A stretch of DNA of 64,000 nt from a virus, in IMG/VR virus record IMGVR_UViG_3300031840_000582, positions 2,858 to 66,857 of that record; one strand, 5' to 3'. Both the position numbers and the translations under genes were made by a program. Positions 1-10,157 of the stretch are shown here, in pieces. Under the pieces are notes generated by a model. That model was not told where the DNA came from. It did no database searches and saw only the letters and a list, made by a program, of their open reading frames with translations. Numbering within the stretch: the stretch's first letter is position 1; each line of letters begins with the position of its first letter.

Positions 1-2
1 CA

Positions 3-3000
3 ATCTCCAATGTTAATATTAAAACTACAACTGGTGCTACAGTTGCAGGCGGTCTTGAACTTAACAATTTACATCAAGACATAATTGAAACAGGCGAAGC
101 TTCTATGCAAGGCCCGTTCACCGAGAAGTATGTTGGCGGATTACCACATAGGCACGTTGACATAAATACAAAGAAAGGCGGCAACTTTGATGACCCAACT
201 ACCCGCGTCGAGGGATTTGTGGTTATTCCAAGCGCCAATACTATCCAAGTCCGTGCTCCATCCGCTGCGTCAGATGACCGGGGCAGTTCCAGTCCAGAGG
301 TCAGAGGCGACTTCTACAGAAATACAAAAGTTAAAAGACCTGTTAACGTTGCCAATATTCGTCAGTTAACAGGATCGTCCCAGCTAAATCATATTGGTAA
401 CTTCACATCATTCAGAGAAATTGTTCAAATTTCTGATCGAGATGCCAACAATAGATCATTTGTTAAGCATGAAGGTAAAGGTCCATTCCTTGAGAATAGC
501 AGGGCTAAGAGGAAAAGACGTGGTAATGTGAACCTTCTCACTAATAATTTATTTCATCGTCTTGGAGAGTTCAAGGACGTTGCGAAACCAAACTTCTATA
601 TCTCTGGCTCATCACATAGAGAGAACGACATTATAAGTTTGGGAGGCAATCAGTTTGCTGAATCCAACACAACAGATTATATCTTTGTCGAAAGATTCTC
701 CGCACCCGGTGGCCCTGAAACAGCGGGTGATTCCATGGGTGGTGCAGCCCTTGACTTTGGCTCCGCACAGTATTCACCATACAACAATCTAAACTATCGT
801 AACCTGACTGTAAGGCTTCCCCTCCGCCGGCTTTTAACAGAACACGCAAATCAGTTTGGCTTCTCCTCTGAGCCTGACGCTTTAAAAGCAACTGCAACCA
901 TTACTGTTACGGTTGCCAATGTAGACAACATTGGGCAAGGCGACACGATTGAGCTAACGGCCACAAATGGAAAAACGATCACCTGTACTTTACAGGGAGT
1001 AGGAGGTACGACAACTTCTACAGCAACGGATGGAAATGTGCAAGCCGCGACATTCGCATCAGGTACAGATAACACACTTCAAGCAACTTCGCAAGCAGTT
1101 GCAATTGCCACAGCAATAAACAGCAACAACTTCTTTACTGCAACCAATAACGCCAATGTTGTTACAGTAACTCAAGCTGTTGGCGGCGGAGTTGGCAATA
1201 CCGCAATTACTATAACGGAGCTTGGTGCAACCGGATTGACAAAGACAGATTTCCAAGGCGGCGCCGGCCGGGCATCGACCGTTAACTCTTTCGACTATAG
1301 GGGTATACCAGCCTTCCACGACGTTAATAGAAACTCTAGACTACGGTTTGAGTTCTCTAGTTCTAGACAAACAGCCGAGACTGTAATTAGAAAGAAAACA
1401 CATGATAACTTCTTTGTTCAAAGAGAGATCCCACAGTCTGAGACACAATATGCTTGGATCACCGCATCTCTTACGCACATTCCCGGTCATCAAACAACAG
1501 TTCTTGGGCATCCACACCCAGACGGTACAGTGTCTAGTTCTGTTGCATTCGATTATGGTCTCGCTCAAGGTGCAAATACAGCAATTGCTAGCACAACAAA
1601 AACTGTCGGACCCGGCTTCATCCCCGCACTAAACTTTGTTAGTGCGAGTGATGTAGTAAGTAAAATAGGCGGTGGCGTCCGCCGCTGGCTTGGACCCGGT
1701 GGCAATGTAAGCCATAACACAAATGGTGGAGCCGATAAACGCGCCGTAAATTCAACTTTTCCTAATGGATTTCTCCCAACTGACTTTGTTGGAATGAATG
1801 GAAACGTGCGTCAAGTTATTAATACTGGGTCACTAATCCTATCCGGCGCCGCACATGCTTTCCACAATGACTTGCCACAGATTGGCACCGCTCCATTTTA
1901 TCGAGCATCTCATCTATATATCAATTCCATAGAGGGTTCCGATACTGGCGAGTTCACACAAATTACTAGTGAGCCTCGAAAGGGTGACACAACAGTTCTA
2001 AATGCCCTCAACCTTAACCGCAACGGCCCTTACGGATATCCTTCCTTCAAACAAATTAGAACAGGCGAGACTCGTATTGGTAGATATCTGCGACGAAACA
2101 ATATTATTTCGTTTAACGAAACACCGGGTAGACACTTAGTGTCTGAAGACGCTGGTCGTGGCCGCGAAGAAAAAATTGAAAGATTTGGAACACTAAAGCA
2201 ATTCCGTGAGCCAGTAGCTGTTAGCCGCCACAAGCCAGCCAAATTTATGGTTGGAATGAAAGAGACTTACGAGGATTCAGGCAGGACTGTAACCAAAACC
2301 AGACCGGTAATGATTGAGGCAACCTATGGAAACGACTTAGGCTTCTTCTCTGACAGAGAACTGGACGATGCAAAGGGCTTTGTTAAGCCCAAGCCTGTTG
2401 GTTACAGAACAGTTGGTGACTTTTACCTCAGGGGAGGACTGGAAAGTCCAGCTACCCCAGTTGAAAGCTTTATCGACTTTAGATACGCTGACACAGTTTA
2501 TCCAAAAGAAAAGAACACATACATGCTCAAGTCTCGTTCTAGAAATGCATTCGCAAATAATTTCTGGAGAAATAATCCTCTTGATAGACTAGAACTTGGC
2601 CAATCAAAAGTAAGATTCAACGGAACAACTCCCGATGACTTGGATGCCGCTTCAGGTGAAGCGTTTACTCCAAAGCAAACAAAACTTAGTTCGTGGAGCT
2701 TGGACGGTCCACCAATCGGACAGTTTACCACAGCGTCAGTAAGTGTGTTCAACGTACTAACTGGTAGTGAGGTTGGCATCTTGCAACATAGAAGTGCAAT
2801 TTTGCACTACGGCAACAAGCACACTATGACTGCATCTGTAATTTACGCTCGTCCGCACTTGTTAGAAGCTACTGCATCTGTTAGATCCCCAGTTGGCCCA
2901 TCAGCTCCTTCTAGTTCTGCCTCGATGATTCTAGCTGGTAAGCCACTTGGTCGTATGAAGATCTTTGGCGGTATTACAGCTTGGGAAGCTGGTGAGAATG

Positions 3001-5720
3001 CTGGTGTTGTGAATGATGATGGTGTATTTGTGAAGAGACCTACGACACCTTTCTATGATTCATACGATGATTTCGCTGAAGATCTTCGAGTTGTAGCCAA
3101 AGACTACTCCATCGTCCCAGAGTTTAGAATTAGCGAACATATGGACTTTTATATTAAAGAGAAACAAGGTAATTTCTTAGCGGATAATCCAAAGCTGCTG
3201 TCCATCTTTGGTTCTCCCACAGGTTCAACAGTTCCACAGAACAGCTCAGAAAACGATTTCTTTACAGTTTATTCAAATACAGACTTTATGAAGCACTTTG
3301 CAGAGGTGAAAGAGGAGCATAAAGAAATTGCCAAGCCTTCAGAAATTACCTTAACATGCAAAGCAGCCATGAAGTTCTTGCCGTATAACGGATTTTATCC
3401 TGCTGAGCGGACAGTTGATATCGCGACACAATTCTCAAAATCATATGGCGATCAAGTATCATTCACGGGTGATGACTCGGTGTTCAGCAGTGCTAGAATA
3501 AGACCATTGGTCGCGCCGCTTTTCGCCCCCGGTATTATGTATAATTCAATTAAGTCTGGCATTGCAGTAGACTATCCAGTATACACATCGTCTTTCAAGC
3601 GGCACAATCCAAAAGATGCCGGTGATTCAAACGTAGCTACAAATTATATTATGATGTCTACTGCATCCAGCCCGAGGCTTGACGCTGGGGGCAAACTTGC
3701 GGGATGGGACTTTAGAGTTCCTTTTGAGACCATTATTGAGCCAAAAAGATTTATTACAAATCTATCATTTGTTGATATGGAAGTTCATCCATCTTCGGCA
3801 ATGGATATGACAGCTTCATGGGATGGCCAAGGCGATGAACTTTATGAGCGAATGTCTAACAACTTCTTTGCCGCAGTCCCTGAGTTCTTCTTACCAGCAG
3901 GTGAATTTTCCACACTCAAGTCAAAGCCATCAAAACAATTCAAGTCTTTAGACACTGGTTCAGTTTATGGCCTAAGAATCAAACTAAGAAAGTCTTATAA
4001 TAGGGGTCGCCAGCCCGGTCGCCTAAACCAATACATTGTTCCTAATGATACTTTCCTTGATTTTAATTCTACCACTGAAGGCAAGCCGTCCTTGAGAGAA
4101 ACTTTTACGATGTACAGTCGCCCTAGCGCCTTCGGACCTCCGATGTCTGGTCGCGACCAATTAGGGGCCACTGGATCGGCTGCATTGGAGCAGAACACTT
4201 TCTCAAGACAATTGTTACCCGATTCTCTGCTCGGTATGAACCCCAGCTTCACGCCTCCATATTATGATGGAGAGGCATGGTGTGATGTTTTGTTCCGGCC
4301 TAGTTCAAGCTTTGCAACGCTTGGAGATATTCTCGCTGGATCTAGAAAACTATATTGGCGATTTGATAAGCTTGGCTTGGGTACTCAACCCGGCGCTAAT
4401 ACGCAGCCATACGGGCAAATTAATATTAATAGGTTTGCCATGCAGCTTAGCTCATCATTCAATCTATTCCAAAGAGTTCAAGAACCAAACGTTACTTTTG
4501 ATGCAGACGGCAACCCTATCACGATAGGCGAGTCTAGCGACGACAAATCAGTTTGGGTAATCCAGCCAAAATTTGAAACGCCAATGTTTAACTTTAACGA
4601 TCAATTTGGTGTGAATCCAATCGTTGCAGGTACAAACTTTACAGTGCCAACAAACAACTCAGAGTCAGTCACGAGAGGTATATGGCACCAGTTCGGTGTG
4701 TTCCCTACTGACCCACAGCAGGGCATTTTCTTAGATATTGAGGATATCCCACAAAACTTCCTCATTAACAGAGTTAAGAATTACGGTTCTTCATCATTCT
4801 TTAACAATAACAACGGCCACCGTATTGACGAGAATGCTGCTAACATTGATGATACTAACATCAAGGGTTTCTATGGTGGCTCTGGTACAAATCGAGTACC
4901 TTTCAAATCACTTTTAGATGTTGTGCAATTTGACAAGAAAACTATGCGACTAGGTGAGACAGCACAAAAACTCACAGCTAGTGAAGCAGTCGTCGCTGTG
5001 CCATTTATTGAAGAGGGCGGACAGCGCAAATTCTTTAACGTTGATAAGACACTAGTTGATAAAGTTATAGCAAACCCAAGAACAGAAGAAGTAGGTGAAT
5101 CTATTAAGCACATGGTTAACAGCCTAGATAAATATGTCGTGCCTCCAACTATGGACTTCGTGGCGTTTAGGGATCGTGTTGACCCAATTGCGATGTATTT
5201 CTTTGAGTTCGAATTTGAGTTTGATAAGAACGACTTGTCTCATATGTGGCAAAACCTCATGCCACCTTCTGGCAAGATTGTCAAGAAATCAGAAACTAAG
5301 GTTGGACACAAGCTAGTGTTAAACGAACTACTTGGGAATGTAGCTGGTGAAACTGGAGAGTCAATTGACGACAGATTACAGTGGATGGTATTCAAGGTCA
5401 AGCAGCGCGCAAACACCAATTACTTCTCAAAGGTTGCAGGTGCAAATACAGACGCTGACCCCCGCTTCAGGAAAGAGTTCAAAGCAGGCCGAGCCAGCGA
5501 AGAAACAACAGTGCAGGATAGATTTAGCTTTAACTGGCCATTTGACTTCTTCTCAATGGTTGAGTTAATTAAGCTAGAGTCTGAGATTAAGTTCTCTGCA
5601 CCCGATAAAGATATTGACGAGCGACTAGTTATTAAGTCGGATAAAGACACAGTAGACAGTGGGGTGAAGGCCGCACCAGAAAGTGCTACAACAACAAGTC
5701 TTTTGCCGTCAAAGGAATGA
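3..5720 (+). CDS. Very large virion structural protein (baseplate/tail-associated), 5'-truncated by the window
   Basis: The frame is open from position 3, so the true start lies upstream. >1870 aa, S/T/G-rich. It heads an operon of baseplate-type genes and contains an inserted beta-rich domain (885-1262) similar to one in the tail sheath. Confidence 0.6.
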   Translation: MSNVNIKTTTGATVAGGLELNNLHQDIIETGEASMQGPFTEKYVGGLPHRHVDINTKKGGNFDDPTTRVEGFVVIPSANTIQVRAPSAASDDRGSSSPEVRGDFYRNTKVKRPVNVANIRQLTGSSQLNHIGNFTSFREIVQISDRDANNRSFVKHEGKGPFLENSRAKRKRRGNVNLLTNNLFHRLGEFKDVAKPNFYISGSSHRENDIISLGGNQFAESNTTDYIFVERFSAPGGPETAGDSMGGAALDFGSAQYSPYNNLNYRNLTVRLPLRRLLTEHANQFGFSSEPDALKATATITVTVANVDNIGQGDTIELTATNGKTITCTLQGVGGTTTSTATDGNVQAATFASGTDNTLQATSQAVAIATAINSNNFFTATNNANVVTVTQAVGGGVGNTAITITELGATGLTKTDFQGGAGRASTVNSFDYRGIPAFHDVNRNSRLRFEFSSSRQTAETVIRKKTHDNFFVQREIPQSETQYAWITASLTHIPGHQTTVLGHPHPDGTVSSSVAFDYGLAQGANTAIASTTKTVGPGFIPALNFVSASDVVSKIGGGVRRWLGPGGNVSHNTNGGADKRAVNSTFPNGFLPTDFVGMNGNVRQVINTGSLILSGAAHAFHNDLPQIGTAPFYRASHLYINSIEGSDTGEFTQITSEPRKGDTTVLNALNLNRNGPYGYPSFKQIRTGETRIGRYLRRNNIISFNETPGRHLVSEDAGRGREEKIERFGTLKQFREPVAVSRHKPAKFMVGMKETYEDSGRTVTKTRPVMIEATYGNDLGFFSDRELDDAKGFVKPKPVGYRTVGDFYLRGGLESPATPVESFIDFRYADTVYPKEKNTYMLKSRSRNAFANNFWRNNPLDRLELGQSKVRFNGTTPDDLDAASGEAFTPKQTKLSSWSLDGPPIGQFTTASVSVFNVLTGSEVGILQHRSAILHYGNKHTMTASVIYARPHLLEATASVRSPVGPSAPSSSASMILAGKPLGRMKIFGGITAWEAGENAGVVNDDGVFVKRPTTPFYDSYDDFAEDLRVVAKDYSIVPEFRISEHMDFYIKEKQGNFLADNPKLLSIFGSPTGSTVPQNSSENDFFTVYSNTDFMKHFAEVKEEHKEIAKPSEITLTCKAAMKFLPYNGFYPAERTVDIATQFSKSYGDQVSFTGDDSVFSSARIRPLVAPLFAPGIMYNSIKSGIAVDYPVYTSSFKRHNPKDAGDSNVATNYIMMSTASSPRLDAGGKLAGWDFRVPFETIIEPKRFITNLSFVDMEVHPSSAMDMTASWDGQGDELYERMSNNFFAAVPEFFLPAGEFSTLKSKPSKQFKSLDTGSVYGLRIKLRKSYNRGRQPGRLNQYIVPNDTFLDFNSTTEGKPSLRETFTMYSRPSAFGPPMSGRDQLGATGSAALEQNTFSRQLLPDSLLGMNPSFTPPYYDGEAWCDVLFRPSSSFATLGDILAGSRKLYWRFDKLGLGTQPGANTQPYGQININRFAMQLSSSFNLFQRVQEPNVTFDADGNPITIGESSDDKSVWVIQPKFETPMFNFNDQFGVNPIVAGTNFTVPTNNSESVTRGIWHQFGVFPTDPQQGIFLDIEDIPQNFLINRVKNYGSSSFFNNNNGHRIDENAANIDDTNIKGFYGGSGTNRVPFKSLLDVVQFDKKTMRLGETAQKLTASEAVVAVPFIEEGGQRKFFNVDKTLVDKVIANPRTEEVGESIKHMVNSLDKYVVPPTMDFVAFRDRVDPIAMYFFEFEFEFDKNDLSHMWQNLMPPSGKIVKKSETKVGHKLVLNELLGNVAGETGESIDDRLQWMVFKVKQRANTNYFSKVAGANTDADPRFRKEFKAGRASEETTVQDRFSFNWPFDFFSMVELIKLESEIKFSAPDKDIDERLVIKSDKDTVDSGVKAAPESATTTSLLPSKE

Positions 5721-5723
5721 TAG

Positions 5724-6794
5724 ATGCTTTTTGCTAACAAAAAAGAAGAAGTAATAGACATAGAATTGACGCCACACGGTAGATATCTTTTATCACTTGG
5801 GCGTCTCAAGCCTGTGTATTATTCATTCCATGATAATAATATTCTTTATGATGGTCGATATGCAGAGATCGTGGAGTATTCAAAAGATATTGAAGACAGG
5901 ATCCAACACGAGACGCCACAACCCAAGACATTGAACACGAGAGCTAGCAGAGAAAAGAACACAAAGAGAATTTTTGAAACAAATCTCGCGTTGGCTAGTA
6001 GCGTTGACAGAGCAACAGAGCTTGCATCTGTCGCCCAAATGAATGAGCAGAAGGCTTTCTTGGCAACGCATCCAATTGGAACATGCTCACCAACCACAGA
6101 TCAGGCACCCAAATGGTCAATTAAAGTATTGAACGGGGAGATTAGTGGATCGATCCCTTACCTGACCTCTAGCTACCAGACTTTAGAAATTCCACAAATT
6201 GATATTGATGTGGTCTACAAGACTGCTATTTTGGATGTGAATGATCCGGGCTTAGTGTTACCAATCAAGCCAGACCCCGCACTTTCTAGCAACGTGTACA
6301 GTGATGGAACTTATGTGGCGATTGATCCAGACCACTTGTTGCTAGAAATCTTAGAGGAAAACACTGAATACAATAAAACAAACTTTGAGGTTGAAGTGTT
6401 CGAGGTAGAGAACGAAGACTATGTATCAGCTAAGGCTGGCCTCTCAGGCACGGAAGTTAGACAACAAGAATTAAAACCATTATTCTTCAAGAAGCCTGTT
6501 GAAAATATTGTCAACAACATTCTAGTAGATGATGCCGAATTGCCAAAGCCGCCAGCGATTGGTGACAATCCACGCATGGTAAATTATTATTTTAATGTTT
6601 TTGTAGACGAGGAGATTGATCCTGCTGACATTTGTGAGGCCAAAGAAGAACTTGACAAGAAAAACCTCTTTGTCGATCTCGACGTTGTGTGCGCTCCTAA
6701 TGCAGCTACTCCAACAAGATACGATGTCTACACCGGACCAGATCCGCTTGCACCTTGTCCAGTACCTCAAGAAGGTACGGACTGTAACGATTAG
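5724..6794 (+). CDS. Putative baseplate wedge/structural protein
   Basis: N-terminus IDIELTPHGRYLLSLG...FHDNNILYD parallels DAVLTDTGRMRLAKG...FGDDEIDY of the gene at 14018. ACTAGTTA motif at 5624. Confidence 0.5.
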   Translation: MLFANKKEEVIDIELTPHGRYLLSLGRLKPVYYSFHDNNILYDGRYAEIVEYSKDIEDRIQHETPQPKTLNTRASREKNTKRIFETNLALASSVDRATELASVAQMNEQKAFLATHPIGTCSPTTDQAPKWSIKVLNGEISGSIPYLTSSYQTLEIPQIDIDVVYKTAILDVNDPGLVLPIKPDPALSSNVYSDGTYVAIDPDHLLLEILEENTEYNKTNFEVEVFEVENEDYVSAKAGLSGTEVRQQELKPLFFKKPVENIVNNILVDDAELPKPPAIGDNPRMVNYYFNVFVDEEIDPADICEAKEELDKKNLFVDLDVVCAPNAATPTRYDVYTGPDPLAPCPVPQEGTDCND

Positions 6795-6806
6795 GAGTCA
6801 GTTTAA

Positions 6807-9800
6807 ATGGGTATTTTTGTAAATTCTGTTAACGTTGATGACGCGACTCTTACTATCGGCCTTAGTGCGGAAGAACTTTATCGACCAATCAACCCAGACT
6901 GCCCTCCACCCGCTGACAGTAGCTCAGGCCCCGGTGGTGGCCTTAACATAATTCCAAGTGATCCTGTAACTGAACCTCCTTCTGGTTACACTCCCGAAGC
7001 CGGTGATAGTGGCTGGTATTATGATGAATGTATGGATTGCTGTTACCCAGTGACAGATAAAATCCTTAATTATATGGAGTTTAAGGTTGCGACATTTCTT
7101 TCGCCGGGTTATACTCAAAACATTACTTGTGAGGAAGTAGACGTAGACGCTATAGTCACCTCCGCTGAAGCCGCTGGTGACGCTGTTGTTGTGGCTATTG
7201 ACCCAAGACTTCATGCTGCTGGGACGCTATCTAATGCGTTGGTCAAGGAGAAGAGCGACGGTTCTCGCGCTTATGAATTAAATTATAATGCCACCATTGA
7301 ATTGCCTGACGGGGCAGACACTGATCACATTGAAGTGGTGTCATATGTAAATATTGATTTTGAACGAATGAAGAACGATTACGGCTTTGAGGCAGGCAAT
7401 AATTTGCAAGCAGAGACTATAAAATTGATGGCACTTAAGGCGAATTTAGATAAGGTTCGAGAGCGTGGCAAAGTAAACGAGACAATCCCATACTTTGTGA
7501 ATCCTGCAACAGGCAAGACATGGACCGGGCCAGTTCATTATCACCCGCCGACAAGAGGCTATATGGGCGGCGCAAAGCACACGATGTTACCACAGCCCCT
7601 GTTGGTCCAGAGAACAATGCCGAACTTAAAAGTTGTGGATAATTCCACTACAAAAAAAGAACTATTAGGTTTGGATTTAGGCCGCGCATTAACAAATGAC
7701 CCATACGATGAAATTGATAGACTAAACAGCACCGGGACTAAACAGCAAGTTGCCAAGACGTTTGTATCAGATCCTGTGTTGTCAAAAACTAACGACGGAA
7801 AAGTTAGCTTTGTCTTTTACATGGATCCTGAATCTGTGGTCAGAGCTAACAGTAAATTTCCCGGTATTAGGGAGCAGGGCATTTATCGAAGAACCCCAAT
7901 TGAAAGCATTCAAATTTTTCGTGAGCGTGCTATCGAAGGTGCCGATCTCACAGAACTAGGCGTCAAAAAAGTTGGCAAGGACACCAGAGGCAAGCAATCA
8001 CAAGAGAGGGAGCTAGTGGTTTATTCGTCAGACCAAAAGTCATACGGCGAAGACATGCAAACTATGAACGGTGCAGTGAAAGATGTGTACTCAAGAGGAC
8101 TACAAACTAATAGATATTCCGTTGATGAAGACTTTGATGGCATCAAGGAAGTGGAAGTAGGGATTATTTCTGAGACACCGGTTCGAAACATCACTAGTAG
8201 AGGATACCGTGCATTTACAGTAGAAGACATGCAAATCTCTAATAGAACTTCAGGTAAATTTAGATATTCCACTGAGATTGAATTTAAAGATCCAACTGTA
8301 GCTTACATTAATCGAAAGTTAGCCGTGATTTGCGAAGCCAAAGATAAGTTAGAGGAACTAGTTTCGTTCATTGACAACGTAAAAGCTTACGATATGTTGA
8401 ACAAAAAATACACTAGAGATTATAAGAAAAGGTACAAGAGGGCACATACTAGAACCGCTAAGATGGTGACTAGAGAGGTCATGAAGCTGCTAAAAGCAAT
8501 TACCGGACAAAGCTTTAGTGCGGCACAAAATTATATGATATCTAACCTAAGTGTTCAGAACGGCAGTCCTCAAGGTATTGAAAATATAATTGAAGTGATA
8601 GGCTCAATAGAAGACAAGCTAAAGCTAGCTCTTGGCAACAGTATTGACAATGCAAATACAAATAATGCTGGCGCTGAAAAAGATCCTACTATCTCCAAAA
8701 AGTCAAATGCAGATTTGGGGATGGTTCGCGTAGAAAAAGAGTTTGATGCAATTGTCGATCAAACAAATGAGCGCCCATTGAAACTAGACTACACAACCGC
8801 AAGGGCCAATAGCTTCCCCAGCATGACTGACAAGTCTTACGAAGAGAGAATCAATTTAGAACGTAGAAAGTTCTACTCAGACTCGAATACTCGTCGTAGG
8901 AATAACGCTAAAAGTAGGTCTAATTTACCTAAAAGAAAGCTTCAAGCTCTTAGTAGAAGTCGTAACAGATCAGATTACAGCTACCTTACACCAGCATTTG
9001 TTAGATGTGGCACAACAACCATGGATCTGGTTGGTGACAATACACAGATAGACAATCTAGAACAGTATAAGAGTATTAATTTTAGGTCCGCAAGAGGTAA
9101 TAAGCCACTGTCTGTTGAAGCACCACCTGAAAATACTAGCATGCTAGAATTATCTGAAGACATATTGACAGAGTTGGGAATCTCTGTAACGCTACGCCCA
9201 ACAGAATCAAGTAAAGACAAGCAGTACAATAGTGATAGCACTAAGGTATTTGGATCAAAAAGCTTTGCTGACAAAAACACTGAACCGGATAGGATTGCAA
9301 AGAAGCCAAAGAGAGATAGATTTGTGATGTCGGCCACCGAAACCATTGCCACAGCGGTATTAAACAAGGCTCAAGATACCGACATATTAAATCCAGATGC
9401 GCCAATTAATCAAGACCAAGAAATTCCAGACATAACGGATGCGACAGAGAGTCGAAAGCTTGCAATTTCAAAATTTGATGTCCTAAGAGAGGATAACATC
9501 TTAAATGATCTTGATGCATCTAAGATTGAACAAATGCCAATTGGCTTACGAGCATTGTTTGATTCAAGAGACGATGCAAGATTTAATTGGGTCGATCATG
9601 ATCTTGACCTTGTAAAGGATCCAAGAGTGCAAGATATATTTACTTACAATCAAGGTAGCACTGTAAAAGTTGAATATTTAGCCGACTTTGAATCAACCTT
9701 TGGCGGCAAATCACTTAAGAAGCCGCGATACTCTCCACTAACAAAAGAAGTGATAGATAGTGTCCCTGAGGGAGAATCCCTTCTCGTCAGATTGCGACCA

Positions 9801-10157
9801 ATTAGTCTAAATGAATTTGGCGTTCCAGACGATTCGGTGCCCAGCTTAGGTGCTGATATATTGACAGAAAACTTTTTTATCACCTCGACTACGCCTTCAA
9901 CAACAGGAGTAGTTGCAGTTGACCCGGTTACAAGAATGGAGGAGAGTCCAGAGATTACTGATGTCGAAACGCAAGTAAATGCAGTATACGACATGATCCC
10001 TGACGAGCCTTCGACTGTATCATATGTTTGTGTCGCAGGCGTTTCTGGCCGCATCCAGTCTGCAAATCTAGGCGCAACACTTTTTGCTGGCGATTCACGC
10101 CCCGGCCCTTTAATGCGGCCAGTTAGTTCAACGAGCACAGGAGGCGGCGGTTACTAA
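6807..10157 (+). CDS. Large hypothetical virion protein
   Basis: 1116-aa ORF with SD AGGAG at ~6793, inside the structural operon. Its stop overlaps the next ATG (TAATG). Confidence 0.5.
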   Translation: MGIFVNSVNVDDATLTIGLSAEELYRPINPDCPPPADSSSGPGGGLNIIPSDPVTEPPSGYTPEAGDSGWYYDECMDCCYPVTDKILNYMEFKVATFLSPGYTQNITCEEVDVDAIVTSAEAAGDAVVVAIDPRLHAAGTLSNALVKEKSDGSRAYELNYNATIELPDGADTDHIEVVSYVNIDFERMKNDYGFEAGNNLQAETIKLMALKANLDKVRERGKVNETIPYFVNPATGKTWTGPVHYHPPTRGYMGGAKHTMLPQPLLVQRTMPNLKVVDNSTTKKELLGLDLGRALTNDPYDEIDRLNSTGTKQQVAKTFVSDPVLSKTNDGKVSFVFYMDPESVVRANSKFPGIREQGIYRRTPIESIQIFRERAIEGADLTELGVKKVGKDTRGKQSQERELVVYSSDQKSYGEDMQTMNGAVKDVYSRGLQTNRYSVDEDFDGIKEVEVGIISETPVRNITSRGYRAFTVEDMQISNRTSGKFRYSTEIEFKDPTVAYINRKLAVICEAKDKLEELVSFIDNVKAYDMLNKKYTRDYKKRYKRAHTRTAKMVTREVMKLLKAITGQSFSAAQNYMISNLSVQNGSPQGIENIIEVIGSIEDKLKLALGNSIDNANTNNAGAEKDPTISKKSNADLGMVRVEKEFDAIVDQTNERPLKLDYTTARANSFPSMTDKSYEERINLERRKFYSDSNTRRRNNAKSRSNLPKRKLQALSRSRNRSDYSYLTPAFVRCGTTTMDLVGDNTQIDNLEQYKSINFRSARGNKPLSVEAPPENTSMLELSEDILTELGISVTLRPTESSKDKQYNSDSTKVFGSKSFADKNTEPDRIAKKPKRDRFVMSATETIATAVLNKAQDTDILNPDAPINQDQEIPDITDATESRKLAISKFDVLREDNILNDLDASKIEQMPIGLRALFDSRDDARFNWVDHDLDLVKDPRVQDIFTYNQGSTVKVEYLADFESTFGGKSLKKPRYSPLTKEVIDSVPEGESLLVRLRPISLNEFGVPDDSVPSLGADILTENFFITSTTPSTTGVVAVDPVTRMEESPEITDVETQVNAVYDMIPDEPSTVSYVCVAGVSGRIQSANLGATLFAGDSRPGPLMRPVSSTSTGGGGY

